DNA of 64,000 nt from an uncultured Actinomycetes bacterium. GTDB lineage: Bacteria; Actinomycetota; Thermoleophilia; RBG-16-64-13. Position numbers and translations under genes: made by a program. Position 1 is the first letter of the stretch, and every line of letters begins with the position of its first letter. Where the stretch lies: positions 1 through 64,000 of the forward strand of contig CAVPLM010000008.1 in the NCBI GenBank assembly GCA_963706025.1. Direction: 5' to 3'. This document shows positions 20,720 to 35,891 of the stretch, piece after piece. A model generated the notes under the pieces. It was not told the origin of the DNA. It saw only the letters and a program-made list of their open reading frames with translations, and searched no databases.

Positions 20720-22102
20720 ATGCCTGACTCTCTGCCTCTTTTACAAAGCGAGACCCATCTCCTCGAAGAGCAGATGCGTGACCACCTCTGGCTGCCGTTC
20801 ACCCAGGCCCAGGGTTTCAAGCCGATCATCATGCAGCGGGCTGAGGGGGCGCTGGTGTACGACGTCCACGGCCGCGAGTACATCGATGCCTTCGCCAGCC
20901 TGTGGACGGTGAACGTGGGACATGGGCGCCAGGAGATCCTCGACGCCATCGTCGCCCAGGCCGAAGAGATGGCCTGCTACCACCTCTTCGGCGTGGCCAA
21001 CGTGCCCAGTATCAGGCTTGCCGGCAAGATCGCGCAGCATCTGCCCGGCGATCTGAATCATGTCTATCTAACTCTGGGCGGGGGCGATTCGGTGGACACG
21101 GCCCTCAAGATCGCCCGCCAGTACTGGCGAAACCTGGGGAAGGGCGGCAAGTACATGATCTTGTTCCGCGATCGTTCCTTCCACGGTACGACCTTCGGGG
21201 CCACGAGCGCCCAAGGCCTGTCGGGCAACCGCACGGCCTTCGAGCCCCTGCTTCCTGGATTCATCCGCATGGGCGCGCCGTACTGCTACCGCTGCAGCTG
21301 GGGCAAGGAGTACGGCCACTGCAATCTGGAATGCGCCAGGCAGGTCGAGAAGGAGATCACCTTCTACGGAGCCCAGAACGTCGGCACCATGCTGGGCGAA
21401 ACGGTGATCGGCACCGGGGGCGTGATACCCCCGCCTCCAGAGTACTGGCCGCTGGTGTGTGAGATCTGCAAGGCCAACGACGTGCTGGTCATCAACGACG
21501 AGGTCATCACCGGCTTCGGCCGCACCGGCGCCTGGTTCGCCTGCGAGTCTTTCGGTTCCGACCCAGACCTGGTGACCATGGCGAAAGGCCTGTCTTCAGG
21601 CTACCTGCCCCTGGGAGCGGTGGGAGCAAGCGACAAGGTGTATGGGGCGTTCCTGGGCGAACCCTTGGAGGGCAAGCAGTTCATGAGCGGAGCCACCTAC
21701 CACGGCCACCCGCTGTGCTGCGCCGCCGGTCTTGCCAATCTGGAGATCATCGAGCGCGAGGACCTGGTGGGTCGCTGCCGGGAGCTGGGACCCTACATGC
21801 AGGAGGGGCTGCGTACCCTCCTCAAGCACAAGATCGTGGGAGACGTGCGCGGGCTGGGCCTGGTGGCAGGCATCGAATACGTCCAGAGCAAGGAATCCAA
21901 GGAGTGGTTCCCCCCCGCTGTGGGCGCGGCCGCGCGCGTGCGCGACGCCGCCTTGGAGCGGGGCGTGTTCGTCCGGTTGCTGGGTGGCGGGCACTGTCAC
22001 GCCATCGCCCCGCCTTTCGTCATATCGAAGGAGCAGATCGACACCATCGTCCGAGTATTGGACGAGTCGGTCACGGTGGTGGAGAAAGAACTGGGGTACT
22101 AG
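20720..22102 (+). CDS. Class III PLP-dependent aminotransferase
   Basis: LWTVNVGHGR, SFHGTT, DEVITGFGRTG, MAKGLSSGYLP, TYHGHP. Confidence 0.92.
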   Translation: MPDSLPLLQSETHLLEEQMRDHLWLPFTQAQGFKPIIMQRAEGALVYDVHGREYIDAFASLWTVNVGHGRQEILDAIVAQAEEMACYHLFGVANVPSIRLAGKIAQHLPGDLNHVYLTLGGGDSVDTALKIARQYWRNLGKGGKYMILFRDRSFHGTTFGATSAQGLSGNRTAFEPLLPGFIRMGAPYCYRCSWGKEYGHCNLECARQVEKEITFYGAQNVGTMLGETVIGTGGVIPPPPEYWPLVCEICKANDVLVINDEVITGFGRTGAWFACESFGSDPDLVTMAKGLSSGYLPLGAVGASDKVYGAFLGEPLEGKQFMSGATYHGHPLCCAAGLANLEIIEREDLVGRCRELGPYMQEGLRTLLKHKIVGDVRGLGLVAGIEYVQSKESKEWFPPAVGAAARVRDAALERGVFVRLLGGGHCHAIAPPFVISKEQIDTIVRVLDESVTVVEKELGY

Positions 22103-22122
22103 CGGCCACGGGACGGTACTCC

Positions 22123-22177
22123 GCGGGTGCGCTCTGCTGCGAGTGCGCTCTGCGGGTGCGCTCTGCGGGTGCGCCCC
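22123..22177. repeat. Intergenic tandem repeat, about 4 x 13 bp GCGGGTGCGCTCT
   Basis: Read directly between the aminotransferase gene and carB. Confidence 0.75.
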
Positions 22178-22223
22178 GGCTGCTTGATCGAAGCTAAGTC
22201 ACAGACGCTCGAGGGGAGTTCTC

Positions 22224-25529
<3,306 letters not shown>

Positions 25530-25817
25530 GGCGACCTCAACGGAGGGCGCGAGCGTGGTCTTGGTCCAGCGGCCTCGGCCTAATGGAAGCACCAACGTCC
25601 TCCTACTAGAATCACCGGCCTCTCCCTACTAGAATAGAGACGGACCTTCGGGGGAGGAGCTGGAGTCTGGGGGAAGTGCGTAGACGTGTGACGACCGGAA
25701 AAAGGGGGTATCACCCGGAACACGACCTAGGAGGTGACTCACCTCACGACGCACGGTGAGTCTTCCCTCCGAGGGGTTCTCGGCCTCATTCTCAAAAGCG
25801 ATGGACAGGGGTAAGAG

Positions 25818-27311
25818 ATGTCAGACAGTTCTCAAGACGCGCACAACGAACAAGAAGCGCCCACGCCTCTAACCAGCAAAGCCGTCAGCCGGCGGGAGTT
25901 CCTGAAAGTCGCCGGGATCGCCGGGGCAGCGGTCGGTATGGGTGCCGGCCTCGGCGGCCTGCTAGCGGCCTGCGGCGAGGAGGAAACAACCACGACCACC
26001 GCGGCTCAAACCACGACCACTGCGGCCCAGACCACAACCACGGCGGCGGCCACCACCACCTCGGTCAGCGCAGAGCCGGAGATGGGCGACGAGATCAAGA
26101 TGGGCTTTGTCGCTCCCATCACCGGTCCTATCTCTCTGTTCGGCGTGCCGGACAAGTACTGCGCCGACCGCTGGAGGGAATACTCCGCGGACGGCATAGT
26201 CTGCGGCGACGGCAAGAAGCACCCGGTCAAGATCGAGGTGGCGGACAGCCAGTCCGACTCCAACAGGGCGGCCCAGGTCGCCGGCGACCTCATCAACAAC
26301 ACCCAGGTCGACATCATGATGGTGGCGTCCACCCCCGACACGGTGACGCCAGTGGTCGAGCAGTGCGAAGCCAGCGGCTGCCCGGTCGTCTCCACCGACT
26401 GCCCCTGGCAGACCTACATGGGCCCGAACACCGAGTACAAGTGGTCGTACCACTCCTTCTTCGGCGCAGAGGACTTCTTCGAGATCAACTGGTCCTGCTA
26501 CGAGCAGGTTCCATCCAACAAGGTCATCGGCGCCATGTACGACAACAGCGCCGACGGCAACTTCTTCAGTGCGAACGCCCCGAAGTTCATGGAGGCCAAA
26601 GGCTATTCGGTCGTCATGCCGTCGAACTTCCAGCAGTTCAGCGAGGACTACACCCAGCAGATCACCATGTTCAAGGGTGAAGGCGTCGAGTTGATCATGG
26701 GCAACATGATCCCGCCCGACTTCACCAACTTCTGGAAGCAGGCGATGCAGCAGGGATTGACTCCCAAAGCCTGCTTGGTCGGCAAGGCCATCCTCTTCCC
26801 GGGATCGGTGGAAGCTTTGGGCGATGTCGCCAACGGCCTCCTGACCGAGTTGTGGTGGCACCGCACCTTCCCCTGGGTCTCCTCGCTCACGGGCGAGACC
26901 TGCGCCCAGTTGGCCGATGACTTCGAGGCCAAGACCGGGCAACAGCAGACCGCTCCGCTTCTCCACTACGTGTGCGGCGAGATGGCCTTTTACGGCCTAC
27001 AGAAAGCCACGGATCCCAAGAGCAAGGACGCGGTCTTGGCCGCTCTCGACACGATGAAACTCGATACCATCATCGGCCCCATCGATTTCACCGCCCCCAT
27101 CATCGCGAAGATCGGGGATGGCCCCGCCGATTGGCCCGCCGGCCCGGGACGCAAGACCAAGAACGTCTACGATCACGGCCTGGGCGGGTCCCAGTGGCTC
27201 ATGCAGGGTGGGAAGTGGAAGTTCGATTCGGTGCCGGTCGACAAGGCCGCGGCACCATACATGCTCGACGATACGCTTCAGCCGATCAAAGCGCTGCCGG
27301 TGACGGCCTAA
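25818..27311 (+). CDS. Tat-exported lipoprotein ABC substrate-binding protein (branched-chain amino acid/amide family)
   Basis: SRREFLK Tat motif, LAAC lipobox, Thr-rich linker, IKMGFVAPITG, DSQSDSNRAAQVA. Confidence 0.88.
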   Translation: MSDSSQDAHNEQEAPTPLTSKAVSRREFLKVAGIAGAAVGMGAGLGGLLAACGEEETTTTTAAQTTTTAAQTTTTAAATTTSVSAEPEMGDEIKMGFVAPITGPISLFGVPDKYCADRWREYSADGIVCGDGKKHPVKIEVADSQSDSNRAAQVAGDLINNTQVDIMMVASTPDTVTPVVEQCEASGCPVVSTDCPWQTYMGPNTEYKWSYHSFFGAEDFFEINWSCYEQVPSNKVIGAMYDNSADGNFFSANAPKFMEAKGYSVVMPSNFQQFSEDYTQQITMFKGEGVELIMGNMIPPDFTNFWKQAMQQGLTPKACLVGKAILFPGSVEALGDVANGLLTELWWHRTFPWVSSLTGETCAQLADDFEAKTGQQQTAPLLHYVCGEMAFYGLQKATDPKSKDAVLAALDTMKLDTIIGPIDFTAPIIAKIGDGPADWPAGPGRKTKNVYDHGLGGSQWLMQGGKWKFDSVPVDKAAAPYMLDDTLQPIKALPVTA

Positions 27312-27340
27312 GGCCTAGCTTGCCTGTCTATCTGACGGCC

Positions 27341-27370
27341 GAAAGGGGCGCCGCAAGGCGCCCCTTTCTT
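27341..27370 (+). terminator. Intrinsic terminator
   Basis: GAAAGGGGCGCC-GCAA-GGCGCCCCTTTC. Confidence 0.8.
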
Positions 27371-27520
27371 GTGCTCGCGAGGCCCTTTGGGGGCGTCCGC
27401 TGAGGGCGCACCGCTCGACCTCTGGCGGCACTCGCAATGTGCGGCTCTTTTGGTGTGGACAGTCATGTTGCTGTCAGGTTGGGCCGTTGACTCCATGTTA
27501 AAGGGGTGTAAAATACTTAC

Positions 27521-27674
27521 AGAGTCCCGAGAGTTCAGACGCAGCGTCTGAGGAGCTTACAAGGGGACCCGCAGAGGAAACGCGGAGGCAAATGGCCGCG
27601 GAGTACAGCGAAGCGGGGACGAAGTGAGAGCCGTTGAAAGGCGCAAAGCGAGTGCACTCGGGGCTCGCTTTTTT
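27521..27674 (+). ncRNA. Candidate rod-shaped small RNA (6S-like)
   Basis: Promoter TTGACT-N16-TAAAAT at 27487-27514; 5' GAGTCCCGAG pairs with 3' CTCGGGGCTC; nested stems; ends in a T-run. Confidence 0.6.
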
Positions 27675-27731
27675 GTTGGGCTGATGCGCCCCTGAAGGCC
27701 CTCGTCGCAGCCCTACCTCGGGCCCCCGCTC

Positions 27732-27890
27732 CTATTCGGGATGCCCCGAGCGGAACCTGAGATTGAGGAACAGCCCGACAGCTACCAGAACCAGGGCGAA
27801 AGCGAGCAGGCCGATCTGCAGGCCGCGCGAAACCCCCTGGACCCAGGCGACACCCATGCCGATCACCACCCCGGAGATGACCAGCATCAC
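27732..27890 (-). CDS. Small two-TM membrane protein absent from the ORF track (start uncertain)
   Basis: Manual translation VMLVISGVVIGMGVAWVQGVSRGLQIGLLAFALVLVAVGLFLNLRFRSGHPE*. Confidence 0.55.
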   Translation of the reverse strand: MMLVISGVVIGMGVAWVQGVSRGLQIGLLAFALVLVAVGLFLNLRFRSGHPE

Positions 27891-28176
27891 CCCGATAGTG
27901 TCGAGAGTCTTGTTCTTCGGCCGTTTCGCGCGGATCTCCTAGCCGCCGGGAATGGACGTTGCCGAAACCTAGCAGCGTCGCCCTTGGGAGTCAAGGGGTG
28001 GCGGCTCGCGATCACGTCTTCTGGGCTGACTTGGATCAGTCTGGGCGGCGCCCCGAGGGAGCCCCCCGGAACGCCGCCGCCCGTCGCTTTTCCGAGCCCC
28101 CCTGCTATACTGGCGTGCGGCCTGGGGTCACCCTGGTCCCGTCGATCGACGTCTCCCGATCCTGTAGGACGCTTCC

Positions 28177-30993
28177 TTGACCGACTGGTATCGCATCACC
28201 GCCGATGAGGCCCTGACCCAGACAGGTACCCCTTCTCGCGACGGCCTCAGCCCGGAAGAGGCCGCCCGGCGCCTTGCCGAACACGGTCCCAACGAGCTGA
28301 CCGAGGCGGATGTCAAGAACCCGTGGCGCATCCTCCTGGAGCAGTTCACCTCTCTTCTCATCATCATCCTCATCGTTGCCGCGATCGCCTCCGCCTTCTT
28401 GGGCGACTACGAAGACGCCATCGCCATCTTCGCCATAATCGTCCTCAACGCCGTTCTGGGCTTTCGCCAGGAATACAAGGCCGAGAAGACCATGCAGGCC
28501 CTGCGGCAGCTGGCCACCCCAGTCGTCCGGGTGCGGCGGGCGGGCAACGTGGAGGAGATATCGGCCCGCGATCTGGTGGTGGGTGATGTGATCTTGCTCG
28601 AGGCCGGCAACCTTGTTCCCGCCGATTGCCGCCTGCTCGAATCGGCCAGTCTGCGCGTCCAGGAATCGGCCCTCACGGGAGAGTCGGAGCCCGTCGAGAA
28701 GAGGGTCGACCCTCTCGAGCAGGGCGAGGTCCCCCTGGCCGACCAGCTCAACATGGTGTTCATGGGCACCGCCGCTTCTTACGGACGGGCGCAGGCACTG
28801 GTGGTGGCGACCGGCATGAACACCGAGTTGGGACGCATCGCCGGGATGCTCCAGACCGTGCACCGCGAGCCTACGCCTCTTCAGAAGCGACTCAGTCAGC
28901 TGGGCCGCTGGCTGGCGCTGGCCGCCTTGATCTTGGTGGGGATCATCTTCGCCGAAGGCCTCATCCAGGGTGAGAGCGTCCGCATCATGTTCCTCACGGC
29001 GGTGAGCATGGCCGTCGCCGCCGTGCCCGAAGGACTGCCGGCCATCGTCACCATCGCCCTGTCGCTGGGCGCCCAGCGGATGCTGCGCCGACGGGCTCTC
29101 ATCCGCAAACTGCCCGCGGTCGAGACCCTGGGGTCGGTGACCGTCATCTGCTCCGACAAGACCGGGACCCTCACCGAGAACCGCATGACCGTGGTCATGC
29201 TCGACGCCGCCGGACACGAGGTCGACCTGGTGGAGGCCCTCGAGCGGGGTCGCCCCGCCCCACTGGCAGTCTCAGAGGCCGGCCAAGATGCGCCCCTCAT
29301 CATAGACAAGCCGGCGGTGGCATTGCTGGTAGCAGGGGGAGCCCTCTGCAACGACTCCCTCCTGGTGACGGCGAGCGTAGGCGATGAAGGGGCTGCGGGT
29401 CACAGCGAGCTGCGTGCCGTCGGCGACCCCACCGAGGGGGCGCTGGTCATGGCCGCGGCTCAACTTGGTGTCCTCAAGGACGAGCTGGAGAGTCACTACC
29501 CCCGGGTTGCCGAGATCCCGTTCGATTCCGAGCGCAAGCTGATGACGACCGTCCACGCCCTGCCCGACGAACCAATGCCTCAGCTAAGAGGCCTTGGGTA
29601 CTGCCTTCATGTCGATCCGGAATGCGATTTCGTCTCTTTCACCAAAGGGGCGGTGGATTCGATCCTGCCCGTTTGCGCTGCCTCATGGGATGGCGACAGG
29701 GCGGTCCCGCTGGACCGGTCGGTCAGAGAGCGGATCGAAGCAGCGAACGCCCGTATGGCTCAACGAGGAATGCGGGTGTTGGGGCTTGCATTCAAGCTCA
29801 TGGGTGACCCTCACCGGGACGGAGACCCTGGCCACTGGGAAGAGGGACTGGTCTTCTCCGGGCTCGTGGGGATGATCGACCCGCCGCGGGGCGAGGCTCG
29901 CGAGGCCGTACTGACGTGCATCTCGGCCGGTATCCGCCCGGTCATGATCACCGGCGACCACCCCTTGACGGCCATGAGCATCGCGTCCCAGGTGGGCATA
30001 GTGCCCGAGTATGGTCCCCAGGACGAGAGTCTCCGGGTGCTCACCGGCGCCGACCTCGACCGCCTCGACCTGCCCGAGTTGGAGAAGGTAGTGGGAGACG
30101 TGTCGGTCTTCGCCCGGGTCGCTCCCGAGCACAAGATGAAGATCATCCAGGCCCTGCAGGATACGGGGCAGATCGCGGCCATGACCGGTGACGGGGTCAA
30201 CGACGCTCCCGCGCTGCGTAAGGCCAATATCGGCGTAGCCATGGGGATCACCGGCACCGACGTGGCCAAGGAAGCCGCCGACATGGTGTTGCTCGACGAC
30301 AACTTCGCCACCATCGTGGCCGCGGTCAAAGAGGGTCGCGTCATCTACGACAACATTCGCAAGTTCATCAAGTACCTCATGGCCACCAACACCGGCGAGC
30401 TCTTCGTGATGCTGGTCGCCCCGTTCCTAGGTATGCCCCTACCCTTGCTCCCGCTGCAGATCCTCTGGATGAACCTGGTCACGGACGGACTACCCGCGCT
30501 TGCTCTGGGATTCGAGCTGCCGGAACGGGATGTCATGCGCCGTCCACCTCATCCGCCCAACGAGAGCATCTTCGCCCGTGGTCTGGGAAGTCACATCCTG
30601 TGGGCGGGGCCGCTGATGGGCCTCATCGCGCTGCTGACCGGCTTTGTCTTCTGGGAAGCAGGAGACGAGGTCTGGCAGACCATGCTCTTCACCGTGCTCA
30701 CGCTCGGTCAGATGTTCCACGTCATGGCCATACGCTTGGAACGGGAGTCCCTATTCACCAGGGGACCCTACACCAACCGCTACCTTTTCTGGGCCGTGAT
30801 CGCGACGATCGTCCTCCAGGGAGCGCTCATCTACGTGCCCTTCCTCCAGGATCTCTTCGAACTGCAGGCGCTCGACTACCAGCACATCCTGCTGGCGTTC
30901 GCACTCGCCTCGATCATCTTCTGGGTGATCGAGGTGCAGAAGTGGGTGCTCCGGTGGAGGGACCGTGCCTCCGGGGCGGCACTGAACCCCTGA
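28177..30993 (+). CDS. P-type cation-transporting ATPase (P2A, Ca2+-type), second paralogue
   Basis: [43 protein letters not shown]. Confidence 0.95.
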   Translation: MTDWYRITADEALTQTGTPSRDGLSPEEAARRLAEHGPNELTEADVKNPWRILLEQFTSLLIIILIVAAIASAFLGDYEDAIAIFAIIVLNAVLGFRQEYKAEKTMQALRQLATPVVRVRRAGNVEEISARDLVVGDVILLEAGNLVPADCRLLESASLRVQESALTGESEPVEKRVDPLEQGEVPLADQLNMVFMGTAASYGRAQALVVATGMNTELGRIAGMLQTVHREPTPLQKRLSQLGRWLALAALILVGIIFAEGLIQGESVRIMFLTAVSMAVAAVPEGLPAIVTIALSLGAQRMLRRRALIRKLPAVETLGSVTVICSDKTGTLTENRMTVVMLDAAGHEVDLVEALERGRPAPLAVSEAGQDAPLIIDKPAVALLVAGGALCNDSLLVTASVGDEGAAGHSELRAVGDPTEGALVMAAAQLGVLKDELESHYPRVAEIPFDSERKLMTTVHALPDEPMPQLRGLGYCLHVDPECDFVSFTKGAVDSILPVCAASWDGDRAVPLDRSVRERIEAANARMAQRGMRVLGLAFKLMGDPHRDGDPGHWEEGLVFSGLVGMIDPPRGEAREAVLTCISAGIRPVMITGDHPLTAMSIASQVGIVPEYGPQDESLRVLTGADLDRLDLPELEKVVGDVSVFARVAPEHKMKIIQALQDTGQIAAMTGDGVNDAPALRKANIGVAMGITGTDVAKEAADMVLLDDNFATIVAAVKEGRVIYDNIRKFIKYLMATNTGELFVMLVAPFLGMPLPLLPLQILWMNLVTDGLPALALGFELPERDVMRRPPHPPNESIFARGLGSHILWAGPLMGLIALLTGFVFWEAGDEVWQTMLFTVLTLGQMFHVMAIRLERESLFTRGPYTNRYLFWAVIATIVLQGALIYVPFLQDLFELQALDYQHILLAFALASIIFWVIEVQKWVLRWRDRASGAALNP

Positions 30994-31002
30994 TACCAGC
31001 CT

Positions 31003-33214
31003 ATGTCGGGATCAGCGAGATCCTCCGCATCAAGGAGAGATACGGGACCACCGCCATCCTCTACGAGTGCGACCAGCACGGCGAAACAAGACGGTACACG
31101 GCCGCACGGCTGCGGCCGCAAGCTCCTGCGAATGCTGGGTGGCTACACCCTGCAGATGCGTGACCCGGACAGCTGGGAAGGCTGGACCTGGGGCGCTAAG
31201 CACTTCTGGGGTTGTCAACCCGTCGGCAAGCAAGCACCTGTGGCAAATCTGTTCTATGACATCTCCAAGAACAGCGACCTGCTGCTCTTCTGGGGCTGCG
31301 ACCAGGAGACCACACATGGGGCTGGAACGGTCAGTTCGCGAGCCGTATAACCTACTGGTGGAGCGACCTGGGCATCCGCCAGATCTACGTCGCTCCCGAC
31401 GTGAACTACGCCGCGGCCGTGCACGCCGACAAGTGGATCCCGGTCCTCCCAAACACCGACGCCGCCCTGTATCTTGCCATCGCCTACCAGTGGATCAAAG
31501 AGGGCACGTACGACAAGGAATACATCGCCACCCACGCGTATGGCTTCGACAAGTTCGAAGACTACATCATGGGCCGCGATGATGGCGAGCCCAAGACTCC
31601 GGAGTGGGCTTCTCCCATCTGCGGGGTGCCCTCTCGCATCATCAAAGCCTTGGCAAAAGACTGGGCCTCCAAGCGCACCACCGTCTGCATTGGCAACGGC
31701 GGCCCGGGCATCCGCGGCCCCTACGCCCACGAGCGCGGCCGTCTCCAAGCCCATGCTGCTCGGCATGCAGGGCTTAGGCAAACCGGGCTGCAACCAGGCA
31801 ACGATGATAGAGTGGGGCGTCTTCGACCTCATGGAGCAGATGTCGACGCCGCAGCCACAGCTGTCTCATCGACATCCTGCCCGCCTATATGGGTGGTATG
31901 CCCACCGAGACCAACCATCGCGTCGTTCATTCCCAAGTGTCTGGTGCCCAAGGCGATCCTCGAGAAGAACATCGACTGGTATGGCAACGAAGCGGAGCTG
32001 TAGCTCGCGCGAGGACCAGTTCAACCACTACCACTACCCGGCCGACGGTTGCTCGAGGATCCACATGGTGTGGACCGACTCCCCGTCGTGGATCACCTGC
32101 TGGAACGCTGGCAACGACTACGTCAGGGCCATGAAGGATCCCGACATCGAGTTCATGATGGCCCAGCATCCTGGTTGGAGAACGACTGCTCTCCTGGCCG
32201 ACCTCATACTGCCGGTCAACACAAGCTGGAAGAGGAGGACATCGGTGCCGAGCACGGCAGCGGCGAGTTCCAGGTACTCCTTCGTGAGCGGAAGTGCATC
32301 GAATCCCTGGGCGAGTCGATGAGCGACTACGAGATCGTCTGCAAGATCGCCGAGCGCCTGGGCCTGCTCGAGGAGTACACGGATGGCCGCTCGGTCGAAG
32401 ACATCATCAGGATACGGGTATGAGGTCTCTCGCTGTGCCGACCTCGTGAGCTGGGAAGAGTTCAACGAGAAGGACTACTTCGTCGTGCCGCCCGCTCCAG
32501 ACTGGGAGAATGTGCCAGCCGGCCTGATCGAGCTTCTACGAGGATCCAAAGAAGAACCACCTCTCTACCCCGACCGGTCTGCTCGAGTACTTCTCCACCG
32601 GCCTCGCCGAGCACTTCCCCGACGATCTAGAGCGGCCGCCCGTAGCCAAGTGGGTCCCGAAGGCATCTACCACGAGGAGACCATCGGGACCGAGCGTTCC
32701 AAGAAATATCCCTTGCTCGTCATGTCGAAACCACCCACGCTGGGGCGTGCACTCCGAGCCTGAAGACATGACCTGGCTCCGGGAGATCGAGACCTGCAAA
32801 GTCAAGGGCCCTGACGGATATCAGTACCACCGCTGTGGATCAACCCAGTGGACGCCGCGGCTCGAGGAATCAAACACGGCGATGTGGTCTCGATCATCAA
32901 CGATCGCGGGACCGTACTGGCCGGCGCATACGCTGACCGAGCGGATAGTGCCGGGAGCTGTCGGCATCGACCACGGGGCCAAGTGGAGACCCCATCGTCC
33001 CGGGCGAGATCGACCGGGGCAGGGCCATCAACACCATCGTGCCGCGCAACACGACGTCGAAGAACGCGCCGGGGCACGCCGTCAGCGGCTTCCTGGCCGA
33101 AGTGGAGAAGACCGAGCTAGGAGGACCTCGAAACGCAGGTACCCCGACGCCTTCGAGCGCCCGTTCCATCCCTGCGCCGGACCGGGTCTAGAGGCGTGCA
33201 TCGACAGGGGGTGA
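31003..33214 (+). pseudogene. Molybdopterin oxidoreductase (pyrogallol hydroxytransferase large-subunit-like), 5'-truncated and heavily frameshifted
   Basis: Fragments DPDSWEGWTWGAKHFWG, LLFWGCDQETT, HADKWIPVLPNTDAAL, KTPEWASPICGVP, WTDSPSWITCWN and [18 protein letters not shown] lie in alternating frames. Confidence 0.8.
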
Positions 33215-33536
33215 ATGATGGGCAAGGTCATGATCATCGATCTGGCCATCTGTAATGGCTGTCAGAACTGCCAGATCTCCTGCAAGGACGAGCACGTGGC
33301 GAACGACTGGTCGCCTATCGCCAAGCCCCAGCCGGACACCGGGCAGTTCTGGAACAGGTCATCAGTATGGAGCGGGGCACGGTACCCAGGTGCAGGCCAC
33401 CTATCACCACTCCATCTGCCAGCACTGTGAGGACGCACCCTGCATGGAGGCCTGCCCACAGAACGCCGTCTACCGTCGGGACGACGGCATCGTCATCATC
33501 GATCGAGACAGGTGCCGCGTGTCACCGGCAGGATGA
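33215..33536 (+). pseudogene. 4Fe-4S small subunit of the same Mo-enzyme, frameshifted and 3'-truncated
   Basis: [20 protein letters not shown]...PQPDTGQFW, then [14 protein letters not shown]...DDGIVIID. Confidence 0.8.
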
Positions 33537-35229
33537 GGTGCGACGGACGCTCCTTGTCGAAGTGGATGGTGTCGCTGCCGACCTTGAGGCCGTAGTAGTG
33601 GCCGCCGAAGTCGAGGGCGTTCGAGTCGCCGTTGGCCAGGTCGAGCCGCAAGCGGTGCCCCTTGAGGAAGCGGTTGGCCGTGCCCCAGATCTCGATCTCG
33701 TACTTGTAGATCTTGCCCGGTTCTATGGGTTGGGGCTTGTCGTGATGGTAGTAGGGACGATAGGGTTTGCTGCACCCCTCGCATTTGGTCACGGCATGCG
33801 ACGCCTTGAGCCAGCCCCGGGTCAGGATGCGGCCGGCCGGCGGCATGCCCGGCGCCTGCATCTCGTCCGGGAACTGGTCCCAGATGCGGACCAGGAACTC
33901 GGTGTCGGGCTGGTCGGACGAGGCGTAGAGAACCAGCACCGTGTTCCCGATGACCTCCGTATCCTCTTCCATGGGAGGCGTGGTGAAGGTGAGGATCTTC
34001 TTGCAGGGGTTAAGAATGCCTTTTTCCATCACCGCCGTACCCACTCCCGAGAACCCGGTCCAGTCCGGATCGGGATAGGAGTACGTGACGGAATCCTCGG
34101 CGGCTGCGGGTTCCTCCCAGCTGAGGCCTCCGTCGTTGAGAGAGACAACAGCACCAGATTTCGCCCCGGAAAGGTACAACTTGGTGTACTCGGTACGGGC
34201 GAGCGGCCACTCGTTCTCGCGCCGGTAGCGTTCCAGCCCGCGGACGAAGATGTTGGCGGCCGGCTCGTCCATGATGCCGGTATCGTTGCCCTTGAGCCAG
34301 TGGTCGTACCAGCGCAGGAGCCAGTTCCGCACCTCGATGGACTCGAAGATGGCCACCTCGTCGCCCTCGAAGTCTCCGTGGCAGAGCATGAGCTTCTTGG
34401 GGGTGCGGACTTCTTCGTAGCCGCGCAGGTTGCCGCGCAGGTGGATACCGACCTTGTGCAGGATGCCGATGCTGAACACCGGGCAGGCGATCTTGTGGAA
34501 GTCGGGGTTGCGTTCCCTCCAGAAGTCGTCGCAGGTCTGATGGTTGATGACGTTCCAGCCCAGGTCCCAGTCCCCCTGGGTGGGATCCTCACCCACGCGC
34601 CCCACCCGGTAGTGGCCCCGGAGCTCGGTGATATGCCACCCCGCCGGGAAACCGGCGGCCATGATCCCGCCGTGGTACGCCACATCGCGGTACATGTCGG
34701 CCCCACCGTCGAAGGGCACGATGCAGGCCAGGTGCGGCGGCGCCTGGGCCGCCGCCATCCACTGGGTCCAGGCGTAGTAGGATTCGCCGATCATCCCCAC
34801 TTTGCCGGTGCACCAGGGTTGGGCGGCGATCCACTCGATGACGTCGTAGTGGTCGTGCTGCTCCTCCAAACTGTGCCAGCGCCACTGGCCTTCCACCGAT
34901 TTGCCGCTGCCGCGGATGTCGTGGTTGATGTAGCAGTAGCCGCGCTCCACGAACCACTCGATCTTGTTGGTCTCACGCATGTGGAACGTGGGCACGGCCG
35001 GCAGCCAGTACAGGTCCTTCTGATAGGGAGAGGACGCGTAGAGAGCCGGGAACTCGCCCGGGGCGTCCGGCCGGTAGACGTCCACCGCCACCCTCACCCC
35101 GTCGCGCATCTCGATGAAGACGTCCTTCTCCACTTTGACCTTGTACTCGGGCTTGCTCAGCTTGTCGACGGGAAAGCCCTCAGGGACCATCGAGGCCATC
35201 ACCTCGGGGATGAGGATCTCGGTGAACAT
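33496..35229 (-). CDS. CocE/NonD family serine hydrolase
   Basis: [51 protein letters not shown]. Confidence 0.92.
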   Translation of the reverse strand: MFTEILIPEVMASMVPEGFPVDKLSKPEYKVKVEKDVFIEMRDGVRVAVDVYRPDAPGEFPALYASSPYQKDLYWLPAVPTFHMRETNKIEWFVERGYCYINHDIRGSGKSVEGQWRWHSLEEQHDHYDVIEWIAAQPWCTGKVGMIGESYYAWTQWMAAAQAPPHLACIVPFDGGADMYRDVAYHGGIMAAGFPAGWHITELRGHYRVGRVGEDPTQGDWDLGWNVINHQTCDDFWRERNPDFHKIACPVFSIGILHKVGIHLRGNLRGYEEVRTPKKLMLCHGDFEGDEVAIFESIEVRNWLLRWYDHWLKGNDTGIMDEPAANIFVRGLERYRRENEWPLARTEYTKLYLSGAKSGAVVSLNDGGLSWEEPAAAEDSVTYSYPDPDWTGFSGVGTAVMEKGILNPCKKILTFTTPPMEEDTEVIGNTVLVLYASSDQPDTEFLVRIWDQFPDEMQAPGMPPAGRILTRGWLKASHAVTKCEGCSKPYRPYYHHDKPQPIEPGKIYKYEIEIWGTANRFLKGHRLRLDLANGDSNALDFGGHYYGLKVGSDTIHFDKERPSHLILPVTRGTCLDR

Positions 35230-35572
35230 GCGTCGCCTCCTCGTGTGGTGGGCGTTACCCTCCCGGCGCGGCGCCTGGGCGCCGAACCGCGGTCTCGCGA
35301 CGGCGCTCCGGCCGGAACAGAGCCGAAGCGGGCCCGAGTGAGTGGCCGCCCGCTGATCGTTACCTGCCTAGGTGACCACTCACTACCGCGGTCTGTCAAG
35401 CCCCTGGGGGCGTCCCTCCATCCTCCTCCGCTCGCTTACGCGGGTACGCGAAGGCTCGCTCCGGAGGACGGAGGGACGCTGCAAGCGGATGGGGAATGGG
35501 GGGCGCGTTTTCCTGTCCGACCTGCTCGCTATGCTTTTCCGGACCGCAATCCCTGGAGACCGGAGGGGCCTG

Positions 35573-35791
35573 ATGCTGGTACCTGCCATCGTCGCCGTGG
35601 TGATCCTCATGGCGCCCATTGCCTACGTGATCTTTCGGAAGTTCTCCTTCACCCGCCAGGAGATAGAGTTCGGGACTCCGCAGAACGGGGTGGCCGCGAT
35701 CTGCCTGCACATCCAGGAAGATTCGGTCCGCAGTCTCCGCATCGTCTACCAGGACGGGACGGTCAGTGAAGTGCGCCAGATACGCGCCTAA
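35573..35791 (+). CDS. Small membrane-anchored hypothetical protein
   Basis: RBS GGAGGGG, N-terminal TM MLVPAIVAVVILMAPIAYV. Confidence 0.5.
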   Translation: MLVPAIVAVVILMAPIAYVIFRKFSFTRQEIEFGTPQNGVAAICLHIQEDSVRSLRIVYQDGTVSEVRQIRA

Positions 35792-35891
35792 TACCGGCCG
35801 GCGTCGAACCCCGGCCGGCGTAGCCCGCGCCGCCCCTTGCTCAGCCCGCGCCGCAGGCGGCGTCCGTTGCGCCGCTGCAAAGGGCCAGCCG

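Noticed and set aside
25602-25635. CCTACTAGAAT direct repeat upstream of the SBP gene
   Set aside because: Could be tandem -10 elements or a regulator site, but two 11-mers are too little evidence.
27548-27582. CTGAGGAG...GAAAC as a hammerhead ribozyme core
   Set aside because: I could not form stem II or the flanking stems; the rod fold explains the region better.
33367-35769. 800-aa plus-strand ORF and other long antisense ORFs (e.g. 14043-15260, 22194-23582, 24138-25331)
   Set aside because: Shadow frames of real genes in high-GC DNA with no motifs of their own.
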